64,000 nt of DNA from contig CAZDFJ010000005.1 in assembly GCA_964504875.1 (NCBI GenBank), positions 23,225 to 87,224 of the forward strand, read 5' to 3'. A model generated the notes under the pieces. That model did no database searches, was not told where the DNA came from, and saw only the letters and a program-made list of their open reading frames with translations. A program made the position numbers and the translations under genes. Each line of letters begins with the position of its first letter. The first letter of the stretch is position 1. Origin of the DNA: an uncultured Burkholderiales bacterium. GTDB taxonomy: Bacteria; Pseudomonadota; Gammaproteobacteria; Burkholderiales; CAZDFJ01. Positions 20,319-31,209 of the stretch are shown in pieces.

Positions 20319-21035
20319 TTAATCACCCTGTGTTAAGGCTTGTTTTTGTAAAGCCAATAAAGTATGAATCCCTTTTTCAGCAAGGGACAGCATATGATTC
20401 ATTTCGGTACGAGAAAAAGCGGCCCCTTCTGCGGTCCCTTGTACTTCAATAAAATCACCTTGACTTGTCATAACAATATTCATATCTGTTTCACATTGCG
20501 AATCTTCGAGATATTCCAAATCTAAAATAGGGGTATTTTGGTAAATACCAACCGATATGGCCGCAACGGCACACTGTAATGCCTCGACACACCCCAATTT
20601 TTGCAGCGCATCATACAATGCCACATAGGCCCCCGTGATGCTTGCGGTTCGTGTGCCCCCATCTGCTTGCAAAACATCACAATCTAAATAAATGGTTCGC
20701 TCACCAATTTGGGTCAAATCAACCGCCGCGCGTAATGACCGCCCAATTAAACGTTGAATTTCTTGAGAACGCCCGCTCGGACGTTGGTTTTCTCGAGCGT
20801 GACGAGTATGTGTTGAACCCGGTAACATACTATATTCGGCTGTAAGCCACCCTTGATTTTTGTCACGCAAAAAGCTGGGAACCCGTTCTTCTACAGAAGC
20901 TGTACACAACACTTTTGTATCACCAAAAGCAACTAAAACAGAGCCTGCTGCATGCTTAGTGTAATGTCGTGTGAACGAAACAGAACGCAAGGCATCCGCC
21001 GCCCGCCCACTCGGACGTTTAAAAGAGAAAGACAT
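20319..21035 (-). CDS. rph: ribonuclease PH
   Basis: 238 aa; [11 protein letters not shown]...[18 protein letters not shown] is a typical RNase PH sequence. Confidence 0.95.
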   Translation of the reverse strand: MSFSFKRPSGRAADALRSVSFTRHYTKHAAGSVLVAFGDTKVLCTASVEERVPSFLRDKNQGWLTAEYSMLPGSTHTRHARENQRPSGRSQEIQRLIGRSLRAAVDLTQIGERTIYLDCDVLQADGGTRTASITGAYVALYDALQKLGCVEALQCAVAAISVGIYQNTPILDLEYLEDSQCETDMNIVMTSQGDFIEVQGTAEGAAFSRTEMNHMLSLAEKGIHTLLALQKQALTQGD

Positions 21036-21065
21036 TTCTAAAATTTCCTAATAAGACAAGCCTGA

Positions 21066-21092
21066 AAGTGGCGGATTTTACGCCACTTTTTT
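21066..21092. terminator. hairpin between the DUF3683 gene and rph (T-run on the plus strand only)
   Basis: aagtggcg-gatttta-cgccactt followed by tttttt on the plus strand, although both flanking genes are on the minus strand. Confidence 0.4.
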
Positions 21093-21114
21093 GTTTTAAA
21101 ATAAAAACGAATTC

Positions 21115-24100
21115 TTAAAGTAAAATGCGTTCAATGCCACCATGATTGGCTTTATGAACAAATTCTGCCATCCAGTTTTCACCCAATAAATGGCGCGCCA
21201 TTTCAACTACAATGTACTCTGCGTCCGCACCAATATCATTACGATAGCGCGACAAACCTTGTAAACAAGAAGGACAAGAAGTTAAAACCTTCAGTTGGGC
21301 TTGAGGGGCTAATTCACGTAAAGCCACCACGCCTTTTTGCAGCTCCTCATGCTTACGGAAACGGACTTGATTGGACACATCAGGTCGTGTCACTGCAAGT
21401 GTTCCGGACTCACCACAACACCGATCGTTCAGTTTGACATCGCTCCCCAAAAGTTTACTCGCCACTTCTATGGGTTTATAAACTTTCATTGGAGAGTGAC
21501 ACGGATCATGATACATATACCGTGTTCCTGAGATGCCTTCTGCTTTGACGCCTTTTTCTAAAAGATATTCATGAATATCCAACAGACGGCATCCAGGGAA
21601 TATTTTTTCAAACTCATATTGCATGAGCTGATCCATACATGTGCCGCAAGAAACAATTACGGTTTTTATGTCTAAATAATTAAGCGTATTCGCAATGCGA
21701 TGAAATAAGACCCGATTACGCGTGATAATTTCGAGCCCCTTGTCTTCTTGACCGGCGGCATTTTGTGGGTAGCCACAACATAAATATCCTGGAGGTAAAA
21801 TCGTTTGTGCCCCCACTTCGTAAAGCATCGCTTGGGTAGCTAAACCCACTTGGCTAAATAAACGCTCAGAGCCACATCCTGGAAAGTAAAAAACTGCATC
21901 AGAATCATCCGTGACTTTTTGCGGATCCCGAATAATCGGAATCGTATGACTTTCTTCGATGTCTAACAAAGCCCGCGCTGTTTTTTTCGGCAGATTCCCT
22001 GGCATGGGCCGGTTCACAAAATGAATGACTTGCGCTTGAATGGGGGCTTTGCCAACCGTCGCAGGCGGACGGGTCACTTGGTCTTGAATCAAGCCCATTT
22101 TTTTTGCTAAATCATGCACAGCAATTTGTAGTTTATAGCCCCAATCAATCATGCCCTGACGCAATAATTTAATTGATGCGGGATCCGTTGCATTCAAAAA
22201 AGCCATCGCGGCCGCAGTACCTGGATTAAATTTCTTTTTCCCTTGCTTGCGCAAAAAGTTCCGCATGGCCACAGAAACATCACCAAAATCAATTTTAACA
22301 GGACAAGGGCTAACACATTTATGACAAACCGTACAATGATCTCCTACGTCACTGAACTCATCAAAATGATGCAATGAAATGCCCCGCCGCGTCTGCTCTT
22401 CATATAAGAACGCTTCAACCAATGCGCCCACCGCCAGAATTTTATTACGGGGACTATAAAGCAAATTTGCCCGAGGCACATGTGTTGAGCAAACCGGTTT
22501 ACATTTACCGCAGCGCAAGCAATCTTTAACAGAATCTGCAATTTGGCCAATTTCACTTTGCTCTAAGATTAAACTTTCAGATTCGAGCAAACTAAAACTA
22601 GGTGTATATGCCTTGCGTAAGTCCGCATCAGGCATTAATTTACCTTTGTTAAAACGCCCTTCGGGATCCACTTGTTTTTTATACGCTACAAATGCGTCAA
22701 TAATGTCTTTCGGCAAAAATTCTAGTTTAGTAATCCCAATGCCATGTTCACCAGACACAACGCCGTCTAGATCATTCGCGATTTTCATAATCCGGGCGAC
22801 CGCTTCATGAGCTTCTTTCAGCATTTCATAATCCGCGGAATGAACAGGAATATTAGTATGTATATTCCCATCTCCAGCGTGCATATGCAATGCGACAAAA
22901 ACCCGGCTTTTTGAGACATGTTTATGAATCGCAAAACATTGATCTAAAATAAGTTGATAGGGTCGGCCTGAAAAAATTTGTTCTAATTTCTTTTTCACCT
23001 CGCGTTTCCAAGAAACCCGAATAGCGTGACTTTGTAATGCGCGAAAAACAGTATAATCAGAACTCACTGTCAAACTTGGATCTAAACTCGGAAAATCCGC
23101 AAAACGCAAGGCCGCTTCTGTAACAGGTGCATCCAGATGATTCAACTGCCATTCCCAGCGCGTCCGGGTTTCCTCTAATGATTCAATCGCCCGTTGCGCA
23201 CGGGATCCAAGCACATCCGCATTGGATAATAAACTCTCATCATCACGTGCAATGGGTAAATTCCCTGCTTCAAAAAAAGCTTTAAGGGCATCAATCAGCT
23301 TTAATTTGTTTTTAATAGAGAGCTCAATATTAATCCGTTCAATTTCGTCTGTGTAACGACCCAAATTATGCAGGGGTATCACCACATCTTCATTAATTTT
23401 AAAAGCATTCGTATGTTTGGCGATAGCAGCTGTGCGTGACCGGTCGAGCCAAAATTCTTTTTGTTGGGCGGCCGTTGTCGCAACAAAGGCCTCCCCGCCG
23501 CGTAAATTCGCAATACGCGCCACATGGGAAGCGGCTTCTCCCACAGCAGGCTCGTCATCGCTCACAATATCGGCTAATAAAACCATGACGGGTAAATCAG
23601 GCCGTTTTGCTTTGGTCGCATAACCCACCGCCCGGACATAACGCGCATCTAAATGTTCTAATCCCGCCAATAATGCTATTTTATTTTGAGCAAGATAGTC
23701 TTTAATTTCAACAATAGTCGGAACAGCCTTGCTGACTTCCCCAAAAAATTCTAAACAAACAGTGCGTTTATACTTAGGCATCCGGTGTACAATAAACGTT
23801 GCAGAAGTAATAATGCCATCACATCCTTCTTTTTGTACACCGGGCAAGCCGCCTAAATATTTATTAGTCACATCTTTGCCTAGGCCTTTTTTACGGAAAG
23901 TTTCGCCTGAAATTTCTAGGAGAGTGGGTTCACCCATCCGGGTTTTTCCATCCTCTTGAAATTTTGTGAGGCGAAATTTTGCCACAGGCACGTCATGAAT
24001 CTTGCCTAAGTTATGGTCGAGGCGTTCAACAAATAACCATTTTGCATCCGGCGTGACCATTTTCCATGAGGCAAGATTATCAACAGCTGTTCCCCATAGG

Positions 24101-24957
24101 ACAGCTTTTTTTCCACCGGCATTCATGGCAATATTACCGCCAATACAACTGGCATCAGCAGAAGTCGGATCCACAGCAAAAACACGGCCTTTGGCTTCCG
24201 CTGCTTCCATAACCCGCCGTGTCACCGCGCCCGCGCCACAATGTAGCACACCATATTCTTGTTCCACACCAGGCAACGTGACAAATTGAACAGGCTTAAT
24301 AAAATCAAGCTTTTCAGTATTAATCACCACAGAACGTTTACTGAGTGGCACCGCCCCCCCTGTATAGCCCGTGCCGCCGCCGCGCGGAATAATAGTTAAA
24401 CCGAGTTCAATGCAAGAACGGACGAGAGGGGCAATTTCTTCTTCTGTATCAGGCGTCAACACCACAAAGGGATATTCAACCCGCCAATCTGTTGCATCAG
24501 TCACATGTGAAACGCGCGCCAAACCATCAAATTGAATATTATCTTTCCGGGTATAATGGGCTAACTGGCGTAAAATTTGTCGTCTTAAACTTTCGATTTC
24601 TTTAAATTCATTTTCGAAATTAGATAACGCAAGATTCGCAGCCTTGAGTAATTCAGCTACTTTTTCGTTATTTTGGCGACGGGCTTCAATGGCTTGTAAA
24701 CGATGTCGTAAGGCTTCAATCAATGCGTGCAAGCGTTGTGGATTATTAAGCAAATCATCCTGAATATAAGGATTACGTTCGACAACCCAAATATCCCCAA
24801 TCACTTCAAATAACATGCGGGCGGAACGTCCCGTTTTTCGTTCTGCGCGCAACTCTTCTAGTAGATTCCATATTCGTTCCCCTAAAATCCGAATCACAAT
24901 TTCGCGATCAGAAAAAGAGGTATAGTTGTACGGAATTTCTCGTAAACGTGTGTTCAT
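21115..24957 (-). CDS. DUF3683 / FAD-linked oxidase (GlcD-like) / Fe-S CCG-domain (GlcF-like) fusion protein
   Basis: 1280 aa. N-terminus [17 protein letters not shown]; FAD-binding region [14 protein letters not shown]; two 4Fe-4S motifs [11 protein letters not shown] and [11 protein letters not shown]; C-terminal Cys-rich CCG-type repeats. Confidence 0.85.
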   Translation of the reverse strand: MNTRLREIPYNYTSFSDREIVIRILGERIWNLLEELRAERKTGRSARMLFEVIGDIWVVERNPYIQDDLLNNPQRLHALIEALRHRLQAIEARRQNNEKVAELLKAANLALSNFENEFKEIESLRRQILRQLAHYTRKDNIQFDGLARVSHVTDATDWRVEYPFVVLTPDTEEEIAPLVRSCIELGLTIIPRGGGTGYTGGAVPLSKRSVVINTEKLDFIKPVQFVTLPGVEQEYGVLHCGAGAVTRRVMEAAEAKGRVFAVDPTSADASCIGGNIAMNAGGKKAVLWGTAVDNLASWKMVTPDAKWLFVERLDHNLGKIHDVPVAKFRLTKFQEDGKTRMGEPTLLEISGETFRKKGLGKDVTNKYLGGLPGVQKEGCDGIITSATFIVHRMPKYKRTVCLEFFGEVSKAVPTIVEIKDYLAQNKIALLAGLEHLDARYVRAVGYATKAKRPDLPVMVLLADIVSDDEPAVGEAASHVARIANLRGGEAFVATTAAQQKEFWLDRSRTAAIAKHTNAFKINEDVVIPLHNLGRYTDEIERINIELSIKNKLKLIDALKAFFEAGNLPIARDDESLLSNADVLGSRAQRAIESLEETRTRWEWQLNHLDAPVTEAALRFADFPSLDPSLTVSSDYTVFRALQSHAIRVSWKREVKKKLEQIFSGRPYQLILDQCFAIHKHVSKSRVFVALHMHAGDGNIHTNIPVHSADYEMLKEAHEAVARIMKIANDLDGVVSGEHGIGITKLEFLPKDIIDAFVAYKKQVDPEGRFNKGKLMPDADLRKAYTPSFSLLESESLILEQSEIGQIADSVKDCLRCGKCKPVCSTHVPRANLLYSPRNKILAVGALVEAFLYEEQTRRGISLHHFDEFSDVGDHCTVCHKCVSPCPVKIDFGDVSVAMRNFLRKQGKKKFNPGTAAAMAFLNATDPASIKLLRQGMIDWGYKLQIAVHDLAKKMGLIQDQVTRPPATVGKAPIQAQVIHFVNRPMPGNLPKKTARALLDIEESHTIPIIRDPQKVTDDSDAVFYFPGCGSERLFSQVGLATQAMLYEVGAQTILPPGYLCCGYPQNAAGQEDKGLEIITRNRVLFHRIANTLNYLDIKTVIVSCGTCMDQLMQYEFEKIFPGCRLLDIHEYLLEKGVKAEGISGTRYMYHDPCHSPMKVYKPIEVASKLLGSDVKLNDRCCGESGTLAVTRPDVSNQVRFRKHEELQKGVVALRELAPQAQLKVLTSCPSCLQGLSRYRNDIGADAEYIVVEMARHLLGENWMAEFVHKANHGGIERILL

Positions 24958-25196
24958 CTTGAGACAACCTATTGAACTAAAATCATATTATATACAATAT
25001 TTTTATAAAAAAAACGTTCGCACCTAAATACTTGACTATTTTATTAGGTTATTTTAAAACAAGACCGTTCATTTTAAAAATGAATTTTTGCACAAACTCA
25101 AAAAATGAGAAAATAGTCTGAATGCATGAAATATTAATACATGCTCTCACAAAAAAGGGGAGAGAACAAAAAAAGCGGACATTTTGTCTTAATCAA

Positions 25197-25862
25197 TTAA
25201 CGTAAAGAAATAATAGACCATTGGTGTGTTTGAGCATGATGCGTTAATTTTTCATCGGCATCAACCGCAACAGGATGGGTTACTTTTTCTAATAAAGGTA
25301 AATCATTACAAGAGTCGCTATAAAACCATGATTCTGAAAAGTCAGTCCATGTTTGGCCTAATGCATGTAGCCACATTTCTACGCGTTGAATTTTGCCGGC
25401 CTGAAAACAAGGAACGCCTGCCGGATTCCCCGTATAAAGACCATTTTTTATTTCTAAATCAGTGGCAATTAAATGTGAAATTCCTAATTTTTGAGCAATC
25501 GGGGCTGTCACAAATCGATTGGTCGCTGTTACAATTGCAACTAAACAATCTGCATCTGCCAGATAGCGATCAATTAAATTTTGAGCTTTAGGTAACAAAA
25601 TTGGTTCGATTTTTTCATGCATAAATTCAGCATGCCAGACTGCGAGTTCCGCTTGACTTCTTCCTGCAAGCGGCCCTAATTGAAACTGTAAAAATGCAAA
25701 AATATCCAGTTTTCCAGCACGGTAATCATCATAAAATTCCTGATTTTTTCGCGCTTGTTCTATCGGATCAACAATGCCTTTTTCAGCAAGAAAAAGCCCC
25801 CAGTTATAATCACTATCCCCCCCTAACAAGGTATTATCTAAATCAAATAAAATTAATTTCAT
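25197..25862 (-). CDS. HAD-IB family hydrolase (SerB-like)
   Basis: N-terminal DxD motif LFDLDNTLL and a C-terminal YSDSCNDLPLL motif. Confidence 0.8.
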   Translation of the reverse strand: MKLILFDLDNTLLGGDSDYNWGLFLAEKGIVDPIEQARKNQEFYDDYRAGKLDIFAFLQFQLGPLAGRSQAELAVWHAEFMHEKIEPILLPKAQNLIDRYLADADCLVAIVTATNRFVTAPIAQKLGISHLIATDLEIKNGLYTGNPAGVPCFQAGKIQRVEMWLHALGQTWTDFSESWFYSDSCNDLPLLEKVTHPVAVDADEKLTHHAQTHQWSIISLR

Positions 25863-25957
25863 GTATTCTGCCTTTCTCAGTTTAGGTTAAAATAATGATT
25901 CTAGCATTTATTGTTTTATTTTTTCATAAAAAGATGAATAAATAGGAAGAAAAACCA

Positions 25958-26959
25958 ATGCCAAATAGTAGCCTTTATTATTTTTTGCATCAACAGTTAC
26001 CAGCCGATCATGAGAACCACGGTTTAATTAGTGTTTTAGATGCCTTAATGATTGCATGTAAAAAAATTGCGGATCAAGTCGGGCGCGGGGCCTTAGCTGG
26101 AATTTTAGGGACCGCTGGCAGCGAAAATGTCCAAGGGGAAACACAAAAAAAATTAGATATTATTTCTAATCAGATTATTTTAGATGAGTGTCAGATTTGC
26201 AACGAATTGGTTGGGCTGGCTTCAGAAGAAATGGATGAAATCGTCCCGCTCACCCATGCGACGCCCGCTAAAAAACGTTATTTACTATTATTTGATCCTT
26301 TAGATGGATCTTCTAATATTGACGTTAATATCAATGTCGGAACAATTTTTTCAATTTTGCCCTGCCCAGATGAGGTGGTTGTCCCGACACTCAAAGATTT
26401 CTTGCAGCCTGGAAAAAATCAAGTGTGTGCGGGCTATGTGATTTATGGTCCTTCTACCCAACTGGTTTTAACTTTAGGTCAGGGGACACATGGTTTTACT
26501 TTGGATCGTTCTATTGGTGAATTTCGATTAACCCATCCGAATATTCAAATGCCAGAAAAAACCCGGGAATTTGCAATTAATACTTCAAATAGTCGTTTTT
26601 GGTACCCACCTATTCAGCGTTATATTAACGAATGTGTAGCGGGGAAAACAGGTCCACGAGGGGAAGATTTTAATATGCGCTGGGTCGGGGCAATGGTTGC
26701 GGATATTCATCGTATTTTAATGCGCGGGGGGATTTTTATGTATCCTCGTGATACGAAAGATCCCAATAAATTAGGCCGCTTACGCTTATTATATGAAGTT
26801 AGTCCGATGTCTTTTTTGGTGAATCAGGCCAATGGACTCAGCACAACAGGGTCTGAATGGACTTTAGATGTCGAACCAACTGCATTACATCAACGTATTG
26901 GTTTGATTATTGGTTCTAAAGAAGAAGTGCTACGGCTTGTGACTTATCATAAAGTTTAA
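25958..26959 (+). CDS. fbp: class 1 fructose-1,6-bisphosphatase
   Basis: LLFDPLDGSSNIDVNINVGTIFSI and GGIFMYP motifs; 333 aa. Confidence 0.93.
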   Translation: MPNSSLYYFLHQQLPADHENHGLISVLDALMIACKKIADQVGRGALAGILGTAGSENVQGETQKKLDIISNQIILDECQICNELVGLASEEMDEIVPLTHATPAKKRYLLLFDPLDGSSNIDVNINVGTIFSILPCPDEVVVPTLKDFLQPGKNQVCAGYVIYGPSTQLVLTLGQGTHGFTLDRSIGEFRLTHPNIQMPEKTREFAINTSNSRFWYPPIQRYINECVAGKTGPRGEDFNMRWVGAMVADIHRILMRGGIFMYPRDTKDPNKLGRLRLLYEVSPMSFLVNQANGLSTTGSEWTLDVEPTALHQRIGLIIGSKEEVLRLVTYHKV

Positions 26960-27024
26960 TTTAAATAAAACCTTGACTTTATAGTCTAAATTAACTAAAA
27001 TTATTTCTGAAGTTTAATGCTTAG

Positions 27025-27067
27025 GCCCTGTCCAGACCCTCCCTATATTCAGACAGGGCTTTTTTTC
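27025..27067 (+). terminator. rho-independent terminator of fbp
   Basis: gccctgtc ... gacagggc stem followed by ttttttt. Confidence 0.7.
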
Positions 27068-27106
27068 CGCAACTTAAATTAAAAAGACTATTTAAACTAG
27101 TATTTT

Positions 27107-28747
27107 ATGTTGAGAAAAAATTATTTTTTAGGACTCAGTTGTTTTTATTTGGTTGGCTGTGCTGGATTGACGCCGTCACCTCCCTCTGGGGCCCATTTAA
27201 ACCAAAAAGAAGTTTACAATACGATTCCACAGGTTATTTCAAAACCTGCTCCCCATCATGGGGTAAGTTCGCCTTTTCCCTCGCCACCCCCGCGTCCTCA
27301 AAAAAAAATAACCATTTCTGTCCAAAATGCCCCTATTCAGCCCCTTTTATTTGCGATTGCAAATGCCCTGAAAATTAATCTCAACTTACATCCACAACTT
27401 CAGGGCGGGGTATCACTGAATTTAGTGAATATTACATTTCCTGAATTATTAGAACGGGTTTCTCAGCAAATAGACATGCAATATGATCAGAAAGGGGAAA
27501 CATGGCAAGTCGCACCAGATAGACCCTCTTTGAAACATTATGCAATTGATTATGTCAATATTCAACGAGCGACTTATGCAGAATCAAGCATGATGAATCA
27601 GGTGACGGGCGCATTTAATCTCGCAAATCAATCTGTCACAAACGGCAATACAGATAATGCACTGGCTAGTACAAATAATCCTAATAATCCAACGCGTCAG
27701 CAAAATTTTTCATCCTTACAGCTCAAAAATGTGAGCACCAATAGTTTTTGGCAAACCTTGATTAAAAATATTGAACTTCTTCTCAAGCAAACGCCAGAGA
27801 CAATTGCAGAAAATACTTCACTTAACACACAAATTATTCCCAATCCAGAAGCAAGTTTGCTGAGTGTGTATGCCACAACCAAACAACATCAGCGGATTGA
27901 GGCTTTTTTGAGTCATATCTTAAAAAATGTAAAAAAACAGGTTTTAATTGAGGCAACGATTGTAGAGGTTGAATTAAATCAAGAATATCATCAAGGTATT
28001 AACTGGTCTCGTTTGGCGGGAGAACAAACAGGGTGGACGCTCACACAAGCCCCGACAGTCAATTTTCAGGGCAATTTAGAACATGTTTTTTCGATAGGTT
28101 ATAAAAATGCCCATTCACAGGTTGGAAATATTACAGGAACAGTCACGCTATTAGAACGTTTTGGGCGTGTGAAAGTCCTGTCTAGCCCGAAAATTAGTGC
28201 CTTGAATAATCAAACGGCTTTACTGAAGGTTGTAGATAATCGCGTTTATTTTACTGCGGATGTGATTCAAAACGCAACGGGCGGACAAAGTAGCGTTTTA
28301 ACGACCTATGTGCGTTCAAATTTACATACAGTTCCTGTTGGGCTGACAATGCATGTAACGCCTCAAATTGATGATGAAGAAACGGTGACCCTCAATATTC
28401 GTCCTGTGATCACACGTATTATTGGCTATGTTGCTGATCCGAATCCAGAGCTCGCTAAAGCAGGTGTCAAGAGTTTGATTCCTGAGACCCAATCACGAGA
28501 ATTAGAATCGTTATTGCGTGTTAAAAGTGGAGAAATTACAGTGATTGGGGGCTTAATGCAAGATAGTCTGGATAAAAATCGAGAGGCCCCGTTCGATGTG
28601 GGTGAGGGACTATGGGGCAATCTTCTTAATGCTCGTCGAGAAACTGCAAAAAAAACAGAATTAGTCATTTTTCTTCGCCCCCTTGTCCTCAAAACAGCTT
28701 CCATCCAAGAGGAACTCAAATCATTTCAAAAATTTTTACCGCAATAA
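27107..28747 (+). CDS. secretin-family outer-membrane lipoprotein, MshL-like
   Basis: Lipobox LVGC near the N-terminus. C-terminal secretin core: VLIEATIVEV.L......GINW, RVKVLSSPKISALNNQTALLKV, VIGGLMQD and ELVIFLRPLV. Confidence 0.8.
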   Translation: MLRKNYFLGLSCFYLVGCAGLTPSPPSGAHLNQKEVYNTIPQVISKPAPHHGVSSPFPSPPPRPQKKITISVQNAPIQPLLFAIANALKINLNLHPQLQGGVSLNLVNITFPELLERVSQQIDMQYDQKGETWQVAPDRPSLKHYAIDYVNIQRATYAESSMMNQVTGAFNLANQSVTNGNTDNALASTNNPNNPTRQQNFSSLQLKNVSTNSFWQTLIKNIELLLKQTPETIAENTSLNTQIIPNPEASLLSVYATTKQHQRIEAFLSHILKNVKKQVLIEATIVEVELNQEYHQGINWSRLAGEQTGWTLTQAPTVNFQGNLEHVFSIGYKNAHSQVGNITGTVTLLERFGRVKVLSSPKISALNNQTALLKVVDNRVYFTADVIQNATGGQSSVLTTYVRSNLHTVPVGLTMHVTPQIDDEETVTLNIRPVITRIIGYVADPNPELAKAGVKSLIPETQSRELESLLRVKSGEITVIGGLMQDSLDKNREAPFDVGEGLWGNLLNARRETAKKTELVIFLRPLVLKTASIQEELKSFQKFLPQ

Positions 28748-28753
28748 TAAAAA

Positions 28754-28780
28754 AAGAGCGTTGATTCAACGCTCTTTTTG
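28754..28780. terminator. bidirectional rho-independent terminator
   Basis: aaaaa-gagcgttg-att-caacgctc-ttttt lies between the convergent secretin gene and the nrdB operon. Confidence 0.8.
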
Positions 28781-28801
28781 CCAGAAGAATTTTTTCTTCG
28801 A

Positions 28802-29212
28802 TTACATTTTTGTTTTCTTTTTACCAAAGATTTCTGCTAAATGGGTTGCAGTCAGCAGATGAGCATATGTCGTATAACGAGGGGCTTGAGGGGCTAATCC
28901 TCGTGCTAAAACAGGATCTGTTGGTAAACAAACAGGCTGAGCCAATGCGTGGGCGGGCTCCGCAAAATTCAACACATAGCGGGTTTTCCCGTCTCGCACT
29001 TCCCAGACTTCAATGGATTGAACAGGAGCAATATGCGTAATCCCTGAAATCGGTTTACGACGATAAATCGCACAATATTTGATTTTATCTAAATGTTTTT
29101 GGGCGATAATCGGCGCATGCCAGCGATTTTCTTTTAAGAAAACTTCCGCAAATGTAATCTCGCAAGAAGGGACCACAATTGTATCAAAGTCAGCCTGATC
29201 CTGCTTTACCAT
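28802..29212 (-). CDS. hypothetical protein, translationally coupled to nrdB
   Basis: 136-aa ORF whose ATG overlaps the nrdB stop (TCATGGTAA). No family recognised by eye. Confidence 0.6.
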   Translation of the reverse strand: MVKQDQADFDTIVVPSCEITFAEVFLKENRWHAPIIAQKHLDKIKYCAIYRRKPISGITHIAPVQSIEVWEVRDGKTRYVLNFAEPAHALAQPVCLPTDPVLARGLAPQAPRYTTYAHLLTATHLAEIFGKKKTKM

Positions 29213-30297
29213 GATAAATTTACGCCTGTCTGATATTCAGTTACGCGACTTTCAAAGAAATTTTTCTCTTTTTTGGCATCAATCGCTTCGCTCATCCATG
29301 GAAAAGGATTAATGGCTTCTGGATAAAGCGGAGGGAGCCCAATTTGCTCACAACGACGACTACAAATATGACGCAAATATTCTTCGAAATTACGACGAGT
29401 TAAACCTAAGATGCCGCCAGAAGGCATGGTATCCAATGCGTACGCATATTCTAATGCCACCGCTTTTTCAAAGAGATCTAAAATTTCATTTTGAAATTCG
29501 GCCGTCCACAAATGGGGATTTTCTTGCTTAATTGCATTAACCATATCCACGCCAAAATTGAGGTGCATAGATTCATCACGCAAAATATATTGATATTGTT
29601 CTGCGGCGCCTCGCATTTTATTTTGGCGACCCATGGCCAAAATTTGGACAAAGCCTACATAGAAAAATAAGCCTTCCATAATGCAAGAAAAAACAATTAA
29701 GCTTTTTAATAATTGTTGATCAGCTAAAGTAGTACCCGTTTTGAAGTGAGGATTCGTCAACGTGTCAATAAATGGAATCAAAAATTCATCTTTGGCCCGA
29801 ATACAAGAAATTTCATGATAAGCATTGAAAATTTCAGATTCATCTAAGCCTAATGATTCAACAATATATTGATAAGCGTGCGTATGAATCGCTTCTTCAA
29901 AAGCTTGACGCAATAAAAATTGGCGGCATTCTGGTGCAGTAATATGACGATAGGTTCCTAACACAATATTATTCGCAGCTAAACTGTCTGCTGTTGTAAA
30001 AAAACCTAAATTGCGTTTAATAATGAGTTTTTCATCTTCCGTTAATTGACCGGATTTCCATTGTTGAATGTCGTTTCCCATCGGAACTTCTTGCGGCATC
30101 CAATGATTCGCACACGCCGCCAAATATTTATCCCATGCCCAACGATATTTAAAGGGTACCAATTGGTTTACATCAGAACGACTGTTAATAATTGTTTTGT
30201 CTTCAACACGGATACGATCGAGATGAGAATGAGAAGCCCCATTGCGTGTTACCTCTTTGGTAACCACAATATCATCGTCAAAAGATAACATAACCAA
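29206..30297 (-). CDS. nrdB: class Ia ribonucleotide reductase beta subunit
   Basis: Di-iron ligand motifs [18 protein letters not shown] and [10 protein letters not shown]. Start ambiguous (TTG 30297 or ATG 30291). Confidence 0.93.
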   Translation of the reverse strand: MVMLSFDDDIVVTKEVTRNGASHSHLDRIRVEDKTIINSRSDVNQLVPFKYRWAWDKYLAACANHWMPQEVPMGNDIQQWKSGQLTEDEKLIIKRNLGFFTTADSLAANNIVLGTYRHITAPECRQFLLRQAFEEAIHTHAYQYIVESLGLDESEIFNAYHEISCIRAKDEFLIPFIDTLTNPHFKTGTTLADQQLLKSLIVFSCIMEGLFFYVGFVQILAMGRQNKMRGAAEQYQYILRDESMHLNFGVDMVNAIKQENPHLWTAEFQNEILDLFEKAVALEYAYALDTMPSGGILGLTRRNFEEYLRHICSRRCEQIGLPPLYPEAINPFPWMSEAIDAKKEKNFFESRVTEYQTGVNLSW

Positions 30298-30578
30298 ATT
30301 ATCCTTAGAAAAAGTTTATAATTCAATGAGTTAAGTATAGTGAGCAAAAAGCGAGCATGATCAAAACCATGTTACTTTTTTGAGATCATATAAAGACTTA
30401 ATTTTATCTGCTAAGAAGAGAGCTGCTTTTTAATTGAGCTAAGCTTAATCGAGTTAATCTAGCATGTCAATGCCATAATAATGCTGTTTTGCTTATTTTT
30501 AAAAACTGTTGACAGTCTAATCTCGATAAAAAAATGATCAGAGTAGGACCAATCTTACGAGAAAAAAGGCATTTTTAC

Positions 30579-31049
30579 TTAAAAATGAAAGTAAGAATTG
30601 AGGAATAAATGGGATCCGCTGGCAAAAAGAAAATAACGAATTGCTTTGCCCGTTGCCATAATTACAACAACTGGCAAGGGATTGAGTCGTGTCATTCCTG
30701 CAAAAATACAAAGCGCATCGCCAATCAATGGAACCCATGAGAAAAAAAGGCTGAAAGGGCCGTATCGATGAATCCATAATCTTGCTCGTGGCGGAATTTT
30801 CGCTTCTTGTTTTTCAGAAAAGGGGTAAAAGCGGCCCATCAAATAGGATGTCATTCCACCGAGTGTATTGCCGAGTGTCGCCATACAAATGGCTAAACTG
30901 AACACTTCTGGCCGAAGATGAATTAAATCAAAAAGAATGACTAGTTCTGCGCCGCCTGGCAAGACAGTGGCTCCAATGTAAGCACTGAAAAAAAGCGCAG
31001 GTAAATTGACAAAGTGTACATTAAATAAACTCATAAACCAATCAAACAT
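30579..31049 (-). CDS. yqaA: YqaA-family (DedA-related) membrane protein
   Basis: SAYIGATVLPGGAELVIL ... FSWVPLIGDALCIFAGMTRL resembles the YqaA family as I recall it. Confidence 0.7.
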   Translation of the reverse strand: MFDWFMSLFNVHFVNLPALFFSAYIGATVLPGGAELVILFDLIHLRPEVFSLAICMATLGNTLGGMTSYLMGRFYPFSEKQEAKIPPRARLWIHRYGPFSLFFSWVPLIGDALCIFAGMTRLNPLPVVVIMATGKAIRYFLFASGSHLFLNSYFHF

Positions 31050-31134
31050 AGGGGACTTCCTGCTAGATTATTTTGTTCTATAAAACAAAATAGTGAGAAT
31101 TTTTTATTCTAAAAATGCGAAAAATAATATTGTA

Positions 31135-31173
31135 GCAAAAAACGCTCTTTCTCAAGACAGAAAAAGAGCGTTT
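31135..31173 (-). terminator. rho-independent terminator of topA
   Basis: Minus strand: aacgctcttt ... aaagagcgtt stem followed by tttttt. Confidence 0.75.
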
Positions 31174-31209
31174 TAACAAAAAATTAGATTAAATTATCTT
31201 CAAAAAAAA

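Noticed and set aside
30298-30480. Possible NrdR boxes upstream of nrdB (e.g. CTCACTATACTTAAC on the gene strand).
   Set aside because: Only one weak half-match to the ACACTATATATAGTGT-type palindrome is present, and there is no properly spaced second box.
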